Shown: one piece after another, positions 7,638 to 17,411 of the stretch
How positions within the stretch are numbered: position 1 is the first letter of the stretch
Layout of the letters: each line of letters starts with the position of its first letter
DNA from: Chthonomonadales bacterium
GTDB taxonomy: Bacteria; Armatimonadota; Chthonomonadetes; Chthonomonadales; Chthonomonadaceae
Direction of reading: 5' to 3'
Assembly (NCBI GenBank): GCA_038217285.1
Contig: JBBQPO010000018.1
Location: 1 to 41,016 of the forward strand
Length of the DNA: 41,016 bases
Made by a program: the position numbers and the translations under genes
The notes under the pieces: model-generated
The model's database searches: none
Told to the model about the DNA's origin: nothing
What the model saw: the letters and a program-made list of their open reading frames with translations, nothing else

Positions 7638-9556
7638 GCGCCAACGAGGCGGGTGCGGGTGGGGGGGCAAGGCTAGCCCTGGTTCCGGCCGTCATTGCGG
7701 CCATCGCGGCGTTCGCGGCCTTTCAGTTTGTTCCGCCGCTGCGAAGTTACGAGGCTGCCGCACAGGACTACCGGTTTCGTCTGCCGCACCGGCGGCGTCT
7801 GGACGCGCGTATCGTTATCGTCGCGCTCGATCAGCAGACGCTCGATGCCGAAGGCAAAGCGAATCGCGCCCATCCCCGCCTGCGCCACGCGCTGCTGCTG
7901 CGGCGGCTCCAGGCTGCGGGAGCAGCGGTCGTCGGATTCGATGTGCTCTTCGATCAGCCTGCCGCCGACCCCACCGATGACGCCGCCTTCGCGCAGGCGA
8001 TACGGGGGAACGGCAAGGTCGTGCTCGGCCTCTATCAGCGCGCCAATCGCGGGGAGACGGTCAGCGAGAGCGAGCGCACGGTTGTGCCGGATACGGAGGC
8101 GCAGCAGTGGCTGGCCGCCCACGACCTCAAACTTCCGGTGCAGACGACCGATATCCCCATCAATGCCTACACACTCGGCCTGCCGACCCTGCCGCTGCGC
8201 GACGCCGCTGCCGCCGTCGGCGCCGTGGATATACCGGCGGAAAGCGGGGTCTATCGCAGTGTGCGGCTCTTCACGCAAGACAACCAGGGCCACTGGTGGC
8301 CGGCGCTGTCGGCTGCGATGTTCGGACAGTTCGTAGCACCCAACGGCTCGGCTCCCCAGGATCGACTCCTCTGGCAGCAGATCTGCTCCGATCCGGACCG
8401 CATCATGCGGATCGACTTCACCGGCGTTCCCGGCACGATTCCGCATCTCTCCTACAGCGACATCCTGGACGACCGCATGTTCCACCCGGAATCGGTGCGT
8501 GGCAAAATCGTGCTGGTGGGCGAAACGCACGGCACGGCCGACGACAAGCCCAACCCGACCTCTCCGATCGCGAAGGGCGTCGAGATACATGCCAACGCGA
8601 TCAACGGCCTGCTTGCCCACCGTTTTCTTCGGCCCGTTCCCCGGTTTGTAGAGCTAGGGCTCGATCTCGTTTTCGCGCTGGCGGCAGGGCTCTGCCTGCT
8701 GCGGCTGCCGACGGCCTGGGGCGCGACGGCGCTCACGGGCCTGGTAGGCGGCTATCTGGTACTGTCTCAGGCCCTCTTCAGCGGCCCCGGACTGCTGCTG
8801 CCGGTGCTGGGACCACTGATGGCAGGTGCCCTCGCTGCCTGGAGCGGCATGCAGACCCGCCTCGCCGAGGAGGAGACGGCGCGGCGGCGTGTGGAGGCGC
8901 ACTGGCGCAGCTACGTCGGCCCGGACGTAATGCAGGAGATCCTGAACAACCCGGAACTAGCGGAGGGGCGCGGCATTCAGGTCAACGCGACCATTGTCTT
9001 CTCCGATATTCGCGGCTACTCCGGCCTCTCCGAAAAGCTCGCCCCGGAAGAGGTGTTCCTACAGATCAATGAGCATTTCGACGAGATGGCACAGATCGTC
9101 TTCGCCTTCGGCGGCACGGTTCTGGGCGTCACGGGGGACGGGCTGCTGATGGTCTTCGGCTGGCCCAACGCCTATACCAACCATGTGGATCGGGCGGTAC
9201 TGGCGGCTCGGGAGATCGCGGCCGGACTGGCTCCGCTGAATCGGCGCTGGACGGCGGAAGGTCGTCCGTCCATAGACATCGGGCTCGGTCTGCACTGCGG
9301 CTCCGTGATCGCGGGGCGGGTCGGCAGCGAGGAGGGCAGTCAGATGACGGTGATCGGCGATGCCGTGAATGTCGCCGCCCGCGTACAGGATCTGAACAAA
9401 CCGCTCCAGACACGTGTTCTGGTGACTGACGAGGTGCGACGCAAACTGACGGTCACGGTCGCATTCGGGAAGTCGGAACAGGTTCCAATCCGAGGACGCG
9501 AAGAGGGGATGATCGTCCACGAACTCCTGCCCGCCGCGAGCGCGCCCGCTGCCTGA
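7634..9556 (+). CDS. CHASE2-domain class III nucleotidyl (adenylate/guanylate-type) cyclase
   Basis: CHASE2 motifs IVIVALD, VVGFDVLF, GKIVLVG and GVEIHAN; 3 TM helices; cyclase motifs FSDIRGYS, GDG, IGLGLHCG and GDAVNVAAR; GTGA overlap with the upstream FecR gene. Confidence 0.93.
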   Translation: MSANEAGAGGGARLALVPAVIAAIAAFAAFQFVPPLRSYEAAAQDYRFRLPHRRRLDARIVIVALDQQTLDAEGKANRAHPRLRHALLLRRLQAAGAAVVGFDVLFDQPAADPTDDAAFAQAIRGNGKVVLGLYQRANRGETVSESERTVVPDTEAQQWLAAHDLKLPVQTTDIPINAYTLGLPTLPLRDAAAAVGAVDIPAESGVYRSVRLFTQDNQGHWWPALSAAMFGQFVAPNGSAPQDRLLWQQICSDPDRIMRIDFTGVPGTIPHLSYSDILDDRMFHPESVRGKIVLVGETHGTADDKPNPTSPIAKGVEIHANAINGLLAHRFLRPVPRFVELGLDLVFALAAGLCLLRLPTAWGATALTGLVGGYLVLSQALFSGPGLLLPVLGPLMAGALAAWSGMQTRLAEEETARRRVEAHWRSYVGPDVMQEILNNPELAEGRGIQVNATIVFSDIRGYSGLSEKLAPEEVFLQINEHFDEMAQIVFAFGGTVLGVTGDGLLMVFGWPNAYTNHVDRAVLAAREIAAGLAPLNRRWTAEGRPSIDIGLGLHCGSVIAGRVGSEEGSQMTVIGDAVNVAARVQDLNKPLQTRVLVTDEVRRKLTVTVAFGKSEQVPIRGREEGMIVHELLPAASAPAA

Positions 9557-9588
9557 GGTCGCTCGGCTCAGTTCCGTTTCTCCAAGCC

Positions 9589-9614
9589 GGAACAAAGTCC
9601 GGTCGTTTTGCGTC
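9589..9614 (+). promoter_or_regulatory. ECF-type promoter upstream of the DUF1003 gene
   Basis: GGAAC (9589-9593), 17 nt spacer, CGTC (9611-9614). Confidence 0.7.
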
Positions 9615-9714
9615 TTTTGCTCAGCATGTTGCCGCAATCGGGCCGGACTACGCCCGTCCTGCGGTCGGGCAATAACCGGCAATCGCCCTAAATCACAGAC
9701 GAGGAAAATAGCAT

Positions 9715-10263
9715 ATGGCTGCCCAGGAGATCGTTCCCGCCTCGAAACCCATGACGCTGGACGAGTGGAAGGCGAAACGGAAGCCCCCTGTCGATATCAA
9801 TCAAGAGCACGAGGACAGCATCAAAGGCCTGGAGCGCGTGGCCGTGTTCGTGACGGAAAGAGTCGGAACGATGGGCTTTTTCCTGGTCATTCTGGTCTGG
9901 ACCATCCTCTGGTGCGGGTATAACATCCTCGCCTCGGAAGTCCACTCCCTGCACTGGAAAGCGTTCGATCCCTTCCCTGCCTTTGTCGCCTATCTGCTGA
10001 TGAGCAACGTCATCCAACTCCTGCTGATGCCCCTCATTATGGTCGGTCAGAATCTCCAGGGCCGTCATTCCGAGTTGCGGTCCGAACACGACCTGGAGGT
10101 GAACGTCAAAGCGGAAGAAGAGATCGAAGTGATCCTCATGCATCTGGAGGCTCAGCAGCGGATTCTGATGCAACTGGTCGAGGCCCAGGGCATCAAGGTG
10201 GATGCGATCCTTCAAGAAACCATCGAGGAGAAAACAACGCCTGAGACCGCCAAAGCCGGGTAG
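9715..10263 (+). CDS. DUF1003 family membrane protein
   Basis: ERVAVFVTERVGT, FDPFP and PLIMVGQN...DLEVNVKAEEEI match DUF1003; GAGG RBS. Confidence 0.88.
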   Translation: MAAQEIVPASKPMTLDEWKAKRKPPVDINQEHEDSIKGLERVAVFVTERVGTMGFFLVILVWTILWCGYNILASEVHSLHWKAFDPFPAFVAYLLMSNVIQLLLMPLIMVGQNLQGRHSELRSEHDLEVNVKAEEEIEVILMHLEAQQRILMQLVEAQGIKVDAILQETIEEKTTPETAKAG

Positions 10264-10295
10264 AATCCCTCCTCAGGCAGACCTACAGAACAGAC

Positions 10296-10323
10296 GGCCC
10301 GCAGCAGAGGTATGCTGTGGGCC
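10296..10323. terminator. Hairpin between the convergent DUF1003 and PEP-CTERM genes
   Basis: GGCCCGCAGCA / TGCTGTGGGCC, an 11-bp stem with one G-U pair. Confidence 0.5.
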
Positions 10324-10375
10324 ATCGTTCTCTATCTGTGTGCTCCAGGGGACTTGGAGGCGCTGCGATCCAGGC

Positions 10376-11122
10376 TTACTTGTGGGCGCAGCGGCGGCGG
10401 ATCAGAAAACCTGCGCCGGCAAGGCCGGAGGAGACGAACAGGGCATAAGCGCCGGGTTCGGGGGTGGTCGTCGATAAAACGACGCTGTCGACGCCGAACT
10501 GAAAAGCGCTCTGGTCGTCCGCCTCGGCAATGCGCAGGCGCAGCGTCTGCCCTATGCGGCCGAGCAGCAGACTGGATACATCCGCGCTCCGCGCCGTGTA
10601 ACCGGAGGTGAGGGGATCGCCGGGCTGGGTTCGAAACACGTTGAGAAGAACATCGCCATCGATAACGCTGAAACGATCTGCGGTGGTGGTCATGATGTCG
10701 ATGCGTGCCTGTTGATTCGGAGTACCGGTAGAGAGCGTATCGGGGCTGAGAAAGGCGGCGCTACTATGAAGATACGTGCTGAAACTCAGCGCCGCACCGT
10801 GAAGGTCGCTTGGAACAACGAAGTCCTGATAGAGCACGTGCGACCCAGGACCGGTCGAGTCCGTCATGGCGGCAAAGGCGCCTTCCGGCGGAACTGGCAC
10901 CGTAACGGTGTTCACGGGAGCAGATGTTCCCGTCTGGACAAACCAGGTTCCGCTTCCCGGCCCATCGAAAACGGTCCAGGAGATGAAGGAGTTTGTACCC
11001 ACTCCGTTATTCGTTTCGAAGCCGCCGTTGAGGATCAGGTTGTCTGCAGTGGCTGCAGAGGCGAGGCTGATAACTGCCAGACCGGTCAGTGCCGGAGTCA
11101 GGCAGGAAAGAAAACGTTTCAT
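10376..11122 (-). CDS. PEP-CTERM sorting-domain exported protein
   Basis: Signal peptide MKRFLSCL...SAATA, NLILNGGFE, and C-terminal TPEPG + hydrophobic helix + RRR; AAGGGG RBS before the ATG at 11122. Confidence 0.9.
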   Translation of the reverse strand: MKRFLSCLTPALTGLAVISLASAATADNLILNGGFETNNGVGTNSFISWTVFDGPGSGTWFVQTGTSAPVNTVTVPVPPEGAFAAMTDSTGPGSHVLYQDFVVPSDLHGAALSFSTYLHSSAAFLSPDTLSTGTPNQQARIDIMTTTADRFSVIDGDVLLNVFRTQPGDPLTSGYTARSADVSSLLLGRIGQTLRLRIAEADDQSAFQFGVDSVVLSTTTPEPGAYALFVSSGLAGAGFLIRRRCAHK

Positions 11123-11323
11123 CGAATGTCCCCTTTGCAGGTATGAGAGGGTACCAGGACTCGTTGTGGAACATCGAATACGACAACGCGCCTTCAACCT
11201 CCTGGTTGGTCTGTCCTTATTGTATCGGTCCGACCGGCGAAAATACATCTGCGAAACGGCATATTTTGCCGCCTCTCCTCAAAAAGTGAGAACGCCGATT
11301 CGAATGCGTTGCGAGGGAACTAT

Positions 11324-11360
11324 AAAACAAAAACCCCTTCTCTCGCATAAGAGAAGGGGT
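11324..11360 (-). terminator. Intrinsic terminator of the ECF sigma gene
   Basis: ACCCCTTCTCT / AGAGAAGGGGT stem followed on the minus strand by a T-run. Confidence 0.8.
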
Positions 11361-11382
11361 CAAAAAGGTGGTCGTCGCCCCG

Positions 11383-12051
11383 TCAGGCCGCCATCAGAAT
11401 CTCTTGCTGGGGCGCCAGTCGCTCACGCAGCATATTACGGGCGCGGTTCAGTCGCGATTTAACGGTTCCGATAGAGAGGCCCGTCGTCTCCGCGATCTCC
11501 TCATAGGATTTGCCTTCGGTATGGTACATACGGAGCACCTGACGCTGGTAGGCGGGAAGATGCTGGATCGCCTTTGCCAGCATCGCGGCGACTTCGTTGT
11601 CCATGCAGATCTCTTCGGGCTGCGGTGAGGGGTCCATAATGTCGCGAGCGATATTAGGTTCGCCGTCGCTGTTCGTGCCAGCGTCCAGGCTCAGATGACT
11701 GCGGTGGGCAGGGCGGACGCACAGATCGAGATAGGTGTTGCGAACGATCCGGAACAGCCATGAAGTGAAGCTCGCCTCATAGCGAAAGGTATGCAGATTC
11801 TGGTAGAGGCGCAGGAAGACCTGGCCCGCGATGTCGCCGGCCTCATCATGGTTTCGGCAGAGGGAGTAGGCGAACTTATAGACTGATTTCTCATAGGTAC
11901 GGATGAGCGTGTCCCAGGCTTTCGCATCTCCGGATTTGCATCGTTCGATGAGAACGTTCTCGGCAGTCGTGTTGCCGGTTTGGATGGCGGGCGGAGCGGT
12001 GAGCGTCGAGTTCGTTTCGGAAGCGGTCGTAGGCTGGGTCATCGTAATCAT
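11383..12051 (-). CDS. ECF RNA polymerase sigma-70 factor (RpoE/SigW-like)
   Basis: Region 2 (LIERCKSGD...F.SWLFRIVRN) and region 4 (SYEEIAETTGLSIGTVKSRLNRAR); AGGAGA RBS before the ATG at 12051. Confidence 0.94.
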   Translation of the reverse strand: MITMTQPTTASETNSTLTAPPAIQTGNTTAENVLIERCKSGDAKAWDTLIRTYEKSVYKFAYSLCRNHDEAGDIAGQVFLRLYQNLHTFRYEASFTSWLFRIVRNTYLDLCVRPAHRSHLSLDAGTNSDGEPNIARDIMDPSPQPEEICMDNEVAAMLAKAIQHLPAYQRQVLRMYHTEGKSYEEIAETTGLSIGTVKSRLNRARNMLRERLAPQQEILMAA

Positions 12052-12398
12052 GGTCGTTCTTCTCCTGGACATAGGCTGTGCATTACAGTGGTGCTGTCTT
12101 GCGTTAGGCGTTATGGGGTTGACAAGCAACCCGCAGACGTTCCTGGCCTGCCATAGAGCGACACACATTGCCGCAACTCAAACTCTATTTTATTGTGTGG
12201 GAAAATGCAAAAGACGTCTTCACCACGCCGCTCACGCAAAAGGCTTTTCTCTCACCCGGAGGGCAAAGAAAAACATTCGCAGAGCAACGTAACAAAGACG
12301 TCATGTCTCTCTGGCATCGACGGTCATGGCCGACGCACAGGCATTTATTCGATTGGTTATTCGCGCGCAAAGAAATCTCACGCGGTCACAAGATAATA

Positions 12399-12424
12399 GA
12401 CGTATCTGCCCACCGAAAGGTTCC
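12399..12424 (-). promoter_or_regulatory. ECF-type (probably autoregulatory) promoter of the sigma gene
   Basis: Minus strand GGAAC (12424-12420), 17 nt spacer, CGTC (12402-12399), preceded by an AT-rich UP-like tract. Confidence 0.75.
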
Positions 12425-12465
12425 CGATATTTTGAAAAATAAAAAATAGTGCAGAAGAGGCTACG

Positions 12466-12493
12466 AAAAGGCTCCTCCCGGAGGGGAGGAGCC
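12466..12493 (-). terminator. Intrinsic terminator of the second prepilin-like gene
   Basis: GGCTCCTCCC / GGGAGGAGCC, a 10-bp stem followed by TTTT on the minus strand. Confidence 0.75.
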
Positions 12494-12518
12494 GAGGCTT
12501 CAGACAAGCCTGTCGAGT

Positions 12519-13424
12519 TTAGAGGAAGGGCCAGTAGTGGATGAAATAGAGCTTTCCGGTGCTGGCATCCTTCGCGGTCTGGAACAGAGCCTGAGGTTTG
12601 AAGGCTTTGGAATGCCCGTCTGCGTAGGCGATGTTGATGATTCCCTTCGGCCATTTCTGGTTGTTGGAAGTATCGTATCCCTCTTTGGCATGACGCGGAC
12701 GCGGGTAGGCTGGGAAAGCGCCGCAGGCACCGGAGTCCCAGAACTGGTTCTCTTCCACAAGCACCTCTTCCGCCGGTCGGGACAACTGCGCGTTGACCAG
12801 GGAAGGAGTGACGAACCCACCGGCGCCACACCCATTGGCGCTCTGGAAGTCGGCGAAGCCGGCCAGACCCTGCCACTGCGGAGTGCTCGGATAGGGGCCA
12901 TATGGCGGATTGCCATAATAGCTGTAGTTGCTAACGTTGTTGCTACCCTGAAGAACCTGCTGGGTGGGCGGCATACCGTAGCTGGCGACCGGTCCACCGA
13001 TCGTTGGCCACTGGGAGGCCTGGGTTTCCGAGCCAGCCGCACCGGAGTGCGTCGGGTCGGCGTCCGGCTTACCGTCGATGCTGGGATCATAGGCGCCGTT
13101 GGGGCAGACGAACATCGCCAGGTTTTTTACATAGGGCTGAACGGCTTTGGTCCAGCTCATGTCGTAGTTGTAGACTTCCCCCAGGTACTCCTGGTCGTCC
13201 AGCGGGAAGCTCTCATCGTAGTCCTGCTGATACATGATGATCGCAAGCGACGCCTGCTTCATATTGGAGAGACATGCGGTCTGGCGGGCCTTATCACGGG
13301 CCTGAGCGAAGACCGGGAAAAGAATAGCGGCAAGTATCGCGATGATGGCGATAACGACGAGCAACTCGATCAGCGTAAAACCTGACCGCTGAGAATCGGA
13401 CCTGGACTGCGAAAGCGATGCCAT
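12519..13424 (-). CDS. Prepilin-type N-terminal cleavage/methylation protein, DUF1559 / H-X9-DG family
   Basis: [52 protein letters not shown] and PRH...[20 protein letters not shown] before the ATG at 13424. Confidence 0.93.
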   Translation of the reverse strand: MASLSQSRSDSQRSGFTLIELLVVIAIIAILAAILFPVFAQARDKARQTACLSNMKQASLAIIMYQQDYDESFPLDDQEYLGEVYNYDMSWTKAVQPYVKNLAMFVCPNGAYDPSIDGKPDADPTHSGAAGSETQASQWPTIGGPVASYGMPPTQQVLQGSNNVSNYSYYGNPPYGPYPSTPQWQGLAGFADFQSANGCGAGGFVTPSLVNAQLSRPAEEVLVEENQFWDSGACGAFPAYPRPRHAKEGYDTSNNQKWPKGIINIAYADGHSKAFKPQALFQTAKDASTGKLYFIHYWPFL

Positions 13425-13589
13425 AATAGAGAACCTCCTGGAAGCAGTGGTATGGTTTAGCCCCCTGCCGGGTAGCGCACACCATTGAAATACAGTGCCC
13501 GTCCCTGAGCGTGCATGGAATAGGCTGGCCTGGTCACGACCTTCACGGGTCAGCGTTCGTCCCACCGGGATCGAAAACGATTAGGATAG

Positions 13590-13619
13590 ATGATACAGCC
13601 GAATGTGAATGGATGTCAA
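13590..13619 (-). promoter_or_regulatory. sigma70 promoter of the second prepilin-like gene
   Basis: Minus strand TTGACA (13619-13614), 18 nt spacer, TATCAT (13595-13590). Confidence 0.6.
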
Positions 13620-13843
13620 GCCGGGAAGGTGTAACATTGTTCACAGTACGTCGGATCGAGGGACGCTATCATATCGACGTCGCCATTGAAATGAGGTATC
13701 ACGCAGGTAGATGCCGTCGTGGCAGGCGTTGGATAGAGATGGTAAACGGCAGCCACAAGCATTATACCCCCTGTATGACGCCGACTAAACAAAAAATGTT
13801 CTGGCTGAACCTCTTTTTATCGAAAACAATGTGCTGAGCACAA

Positions 13844-15178
13844 TTAACACTTCAAGAGGCGAGCGACCGCTTCCCGAACGCGCGCGTCGCTGTCCGGAGC
13901 GAACATGGGATTCCCGTAGTATTTACACGCGCCCTCGATTTCATACCCTCCTCGGACATACTCGTCGGCGGTGGGAAGGTAGTTCCAGCAGCCGTTGGTC
14001 GTGCCGAGCACCAGGAGCGGGGCGCGGACATGTTCGGTAAAGTCTAACTGGTACTGGACGAACATTTCGGCGGGAAAACCGAGCAGAGGCACCCCCCCCA
14101 ACAGCAGTCGCTGGATGGTAAACGCCTGTGTCTGGGAAGCGGCAGGCTGCCGCGCGCGCCCCCTACGCTCCGTGGCCCAGTCTCTCAGCGCCGTCAGGTC
14201 ACGCAGCGTCCCGGCATCCGCTCCGGCGTCCTGAGCCTGTTCGAGACGAGACACGGCTTCCGCCACCTGCCGGTCGCACTCTTCGACCGGCTGCGGCGGC
14301 TGCAGAGGCAGCTCGATCGTCATCTCAACCGCGTCCAGGGAGGCGTCCAGCCTGCCGTGCGCGTTCCAGCGCGCCGTGTGCGCCGCCGCAGCGATCTGCC
14401 TGCCGTTGTCCAGAACGGCTTCCCGGTCGCCGCGTCGTAACGGATCGATGTCGCCGCAGCAGCCCTGGAAGAACAGGGGAATAGCGTCCTCGGCAATCCC
14501 CGAGTCGGCGGCCTCGCGCTGGAATCGCTCGCGAAGGGCCGCGACCGCCGCGCCGGGCCAGTCGGCGGAATAACGCAGTTCCTCGCGCGGCAGGGTCGTG
14601 GGGTGGCAGGCGTGCGAGAAAAGCATGGCGAACATGCGCCCATCCGCACCGTTCACGCAGAGAACCTGCACGGTCGGGGCGATAGGCCCGCCATAGTTCG
14701 GAGCCAGAACGGTACGGCCTTCTCCGTCGGTAGCCCTGCGGTTGACTCCGATCTGCGCGGAGGTTTCGCCGTACGTCAGATGCGCTGCTCGGAGCCTCGC
14801 CGCCGCCTGGCGCGCGACGCCGGTCAGCTTACGAGCCAGCACATCGACATAGGGAGCGTCCACCGTTCCCATGGCGCGGTATGTGCCAAGATGAGGGCCG
14901 TTGTGTGTGTGGGTGGCGTGAAGCAGGACGGCGTGCGGCGTCGTGCCCAGGCGTGTCGCGATTTCGGCGCGCACCTGTGTGACCAGCGCGGGAGGAAAGG
15001 CCGCGATGTCCGCCGTCAACAGCACAAGCCGCTGATTCCCATCGTCCAGGACGAGGGCGCGGGCGGAGATCTCGTCGAGAACGCCGACAGCGCCAGTTGG
15101 GCGCCGCGAATACCCCCCGAGCCAGAGATCGAGCGGGGGGGTGATGTTGGTTTCAGCGACACCGGCATAGAGGGGCAC
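13844..15178 (-). CDS. Neutral/alkaline ceramidase N-terminal-domain family hydrolase
   Basis: AGVAETNITPP, ARALVL, HATHTHNGP, NRR, HACHPT, FFQGCCGD, PAEMF and YLPT...GGYE motifs. Confidence 0.85.
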   Translation of the reverse strand: MPLYAGVAETNITPPLDLWLGGYSRRPTGAVGVLDEISARALVLDDGNQRLVLLTADIAAFPPALVTQVRAEIATRLGTTPHAVLLHATHTHNGPHLGTYRAMGTVDAPYVDVLARKLTGVARQAAARLRAAHLTYGETSAQIGVNRRATDGEGRTVLAPNYGGPIAPTVQVLCVNGADGRMFAMLFSHACHPTTLPREELRYSADWPGAAVAALRERFQREAADSGIAEDAIPLFFQGCCGDIDPLRRGDREAVLDNGRQIAAAAHTARWNAHGRLDASLDAVEMTIELPLQPPQPVEECDRQVAEAVSRLEQAQDAGADAGTLRDLTALRDWATERRGRARQPAASQTQAFTIQRLLLGGVPLLGFPAEMFVQYQLDFTEHVRAPLLVLGTTNGCWNYLPTADEYVRGGYEIEGACKYYGNPMFAPDSDARVREAVARLLKC

Positions 15179-15362
15179 AGGACTGTTCCTTTATCCTTCT
15201 GATCTGTTGCTTTGCGCCATGTCAGGGGGGAGGACGGACACAACCTCTTCATTGTATCGCAAACGCGCCTCCTCGCGCAATGCCTGCTTCGGATCGATCC
15301 CCTCAACGGAGAGGCAGTCCCTGGAGGAGAGCGAGGCGTAGACAGGGGTAGAACAACGGACG

Positions 15363-16430
15363 GTGGAGGCGCGCATGAACGGTACAGTGGCGATTGTAGG
15401 GGCAGGGATGGCAGGTCTGGCGGCGGCACGGCGTTTGACGGCAGCAGGACGGCGGGTGGTGATTCTAGAGAAAAGCCCTGGCGTCGGGGGACGCGTGGCG
15501 ACGCGGCGTGTGGACGGCTGCATCGTGGATCACGGGGCGCAGGTGATCAAGCCGGACGGTTCGCCGCTCGCCGACGTCATGTTTCACGAACTGCCGACCG
15601 CAGACCTTGTCGAAGTGCTTGCGCCGGTTCGAATCGTCGGCCCTGACGCAGAGATCTTGCCCGTAGACCCTCACTACACCGCGCAGCGCGCCTTCACCTA
15701 TCGCGACGGCATGACGACGCTGCCGAAACTCCTGGTCGAGGCGCTGCCCGCCGATCTGTTCACACTGAAACTGCGGACCCGAATTGGAACCATAGAAGAG
15801 GACCGAGACGGTTTTCTGCTGCGGGATGAGCAGGGGACGGAACTCCTGCGCGCAGAGAGCGTCGTCCTCACTCCTCCCGCCCCACAGGCCGCCGATCTGC
15901 TGGCTGCCAGTCGCCTGCAGAACACGGCCCTGACCCGGACCCGCATCGATGCTCTGCGTTCCGTGCCCTACCATTCCTGCCTCACCGTGCTGCTCGGCTA
16001 CACTTCCCCGGCGCTGCCTGCCCCCGCCTATGCCCTGCTGGCCGCCGACCGTACCCAACCCCTGCTCTGGCTGGCTTTCGAACAGACCAAAGGATCGTCC
16101 CGCGTGCCGCCGGGAAGCGCCGTCCTCGTCGCCCAGTTAGGGCCGCAAGTTTCGCAGGAGTTCTATGGGGCTCCCGAGGAGGAAGTGTTCGACCTGACGC
16201 TCCGTGAACTCCGCACCCTCTTCGGCGATGCTTACGCGTGCCCCGAATGGCGACAGTTGAAACGCTGGCGCTACTCCCATCCACGCGGCATGGCCGACTT
16301 CGCTACCGTCAACCCTTCCCCTACCGCTTCCCGTCTCGTCGTCTGCGGCGATGCCCTCCGCCCCGAAAACGGACGGGTCTATCAGGCGTACAGCAGCGGC
16401 CTGGCGGCGGCGGATCTCCTGCTTGCTTAA
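15363..16430 (+). CDS. Renalase-like NAD/FAD-dependent oxidoreductase
   Basis: VAIVGAGMAGL, EKSPGVGGRVATRR, DHGAQ, TPPAPQ, RWRYS and CGD motifs; the start may be the ATG at 15375. Confidence 0.88.
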   Translation: MEARMNGTVAIVGAGMAGLAAARRLTAAGRRVVILEKSPGVGGRVATRRVDGCIVDHGAQVIKPDGSPLADVMFHELPTADLVEVLAPVRIVGPDAEILPVDPHYTAQRAFTYRDGMTTLPKLLVEALPADLFTLKLRTRIGTIEEDRDGFLLRDEQGTELLRAESVVLTPPAPQAADLLAASRLQNTALTRTRIDALRSVPYHSCLTVLLGYTSPALPAPAYALLAADRTQPLLWLAFEQTKGSSRVPPGSAVLVAQLGPQVSQEFYGAPEEEVFDLTLRELRTLFGDAYACPEWRQLKRWRYSHPRGMADFATVNPSPTASRLVVCGDALRPENGRVYQAYSSGLAAADLLLA

Positions 16431-16456
16431 CCCCTTCCCGAAATGGGAAGGGGTTA
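16428..16456. terminator. Bidirectional hairpin between the oxidoreductase and cysK
   Basis: TAACCCCTTCCC / GGGAAGGGGTTA, a 12-bp stem between convergent genes. Confidence 0.7.
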
Positions 16457-16464
16457 GGTACGGG

Positions 16465-17400
16465 TCAGTCGGCATAGATGGAGTAGGTTGGTGTGGAGAG
16501 GTACCGCTCGCCAGTGGAAGGGATGATGACCACGATCATCTTACCTTCGCTTTCGGGCCGCGCCGCCACCTGCAAAGCGGCCCAGACCGCCGCTCCGGAG
16601 GAGATGCCTGCGAAAATGCCCTCTTCTTTGGCCAGGCGACGGGCGATCTCCATAGAGTCGCTGGCCTCCACGGTAATGATCTCGTCATAGATGTGGGTGT
16701 TGAGGTTGTTCGGCACGAAACCGGCACCAATCCCCTGGATGGGGTGCGCCCCACGCGGCTTCCCGCTGAGGACGGCCGAGGTCGCAGGCTCGACCGCAAC
16801 GACCCGGAAGCCCGGTTTGCGCTCTTTCATCACCTCACCGACGCCTGTGATCGTTCCGCCGGTGCCGACGCCCGCCACGAGAATGTCGGCCTGCCCATCC
16901 GTGTCGCGCCAGATCTCTTCTGCGGTCGTTTTGCGGTGAATTTCCGGGTTGGCGGGGTTATCGAACTGCTGCGGAATGTAGTATTTGCCCGGCTCCGCTG
17001 CGGAGATCTCCTCCACGCGCCGAATAGCGCCCAGCATTCCCTCGGAACCCGGCGTCAGCACCAGTTCCGCCCCGAGTGCGCGCAGTAGCACCCGGCGCTC
17101 CTGAGACATCGTTTCCGGCATCAGGAGTTTGCAGGCGTAGCCCATCGCCGCGCAGGCGAAGGCCAAACCGATGCCAGTGTTGCCGCTTGTCGGCTCCAGG
17201 ACGGTCATGCCTGGGGTCAGACGTCCCGAACTCTCCCCGGACTCGAGCATGGCGACCGCAATGCGGTCCTTGATGCTGGAGAGCGGGTTGAAATATTCGA
17301 GCTTGCAGACGATCGTCGCCTTGACGCCCGCCGAAACCCTGTTCAACTTGACGAGCGGAGTATTTCCGATCAGTTCCGTCACACTGTTTGCGATTCGCAT
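16465..17400 (-). CDS. cysK: Cysteine synthase A (O-acetylserine sulfhydrylase)
   Basis: [22 protein letters not shown] (PLP Lys), [31 protein letters not shown] and GISSGA; AGGAG RBS before the ATG at 17400. Confidence 0.97.
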   Translation of the reverse strand: MRIANSVTELIGNTPLVKLNRVSAGVKATIVCKLEYFNPLSSIKDRIAVAMLESGESSGRLTPGMTVLEPTSGNTGIGLAFACAAMGYACKLLMPETMSQERRVLLRALGAELVLTPGSEGMLGAIRRVEEISAAEPGKYYIPQQFDNPANPEIHRKTTAEEIWRDTDGQADILVAGVGTGGTITGVGEVMKERKPGFRVVAVEPATSAVLSGKPRGAHPIQGIGAGFVPNNLNTHIYDEIITVEASDSMEIARRLAKEEGIFAGISSGAAVWAALQVAARPESEGKMIVVIIPSTGERYLSTPTYSIYAD

Positions 17401-17411
17401 GCTCTTATCTC

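Noticed and set aside
9560-9640. Minus-strand GACGCAAAAC...CCGG resembling a c-di-GMP-I riboswitch
   Set aside because: It lacks the GNRA-capped P2 and receptor, is antisense to both neighbours, and is better explained as the ECF promoter.
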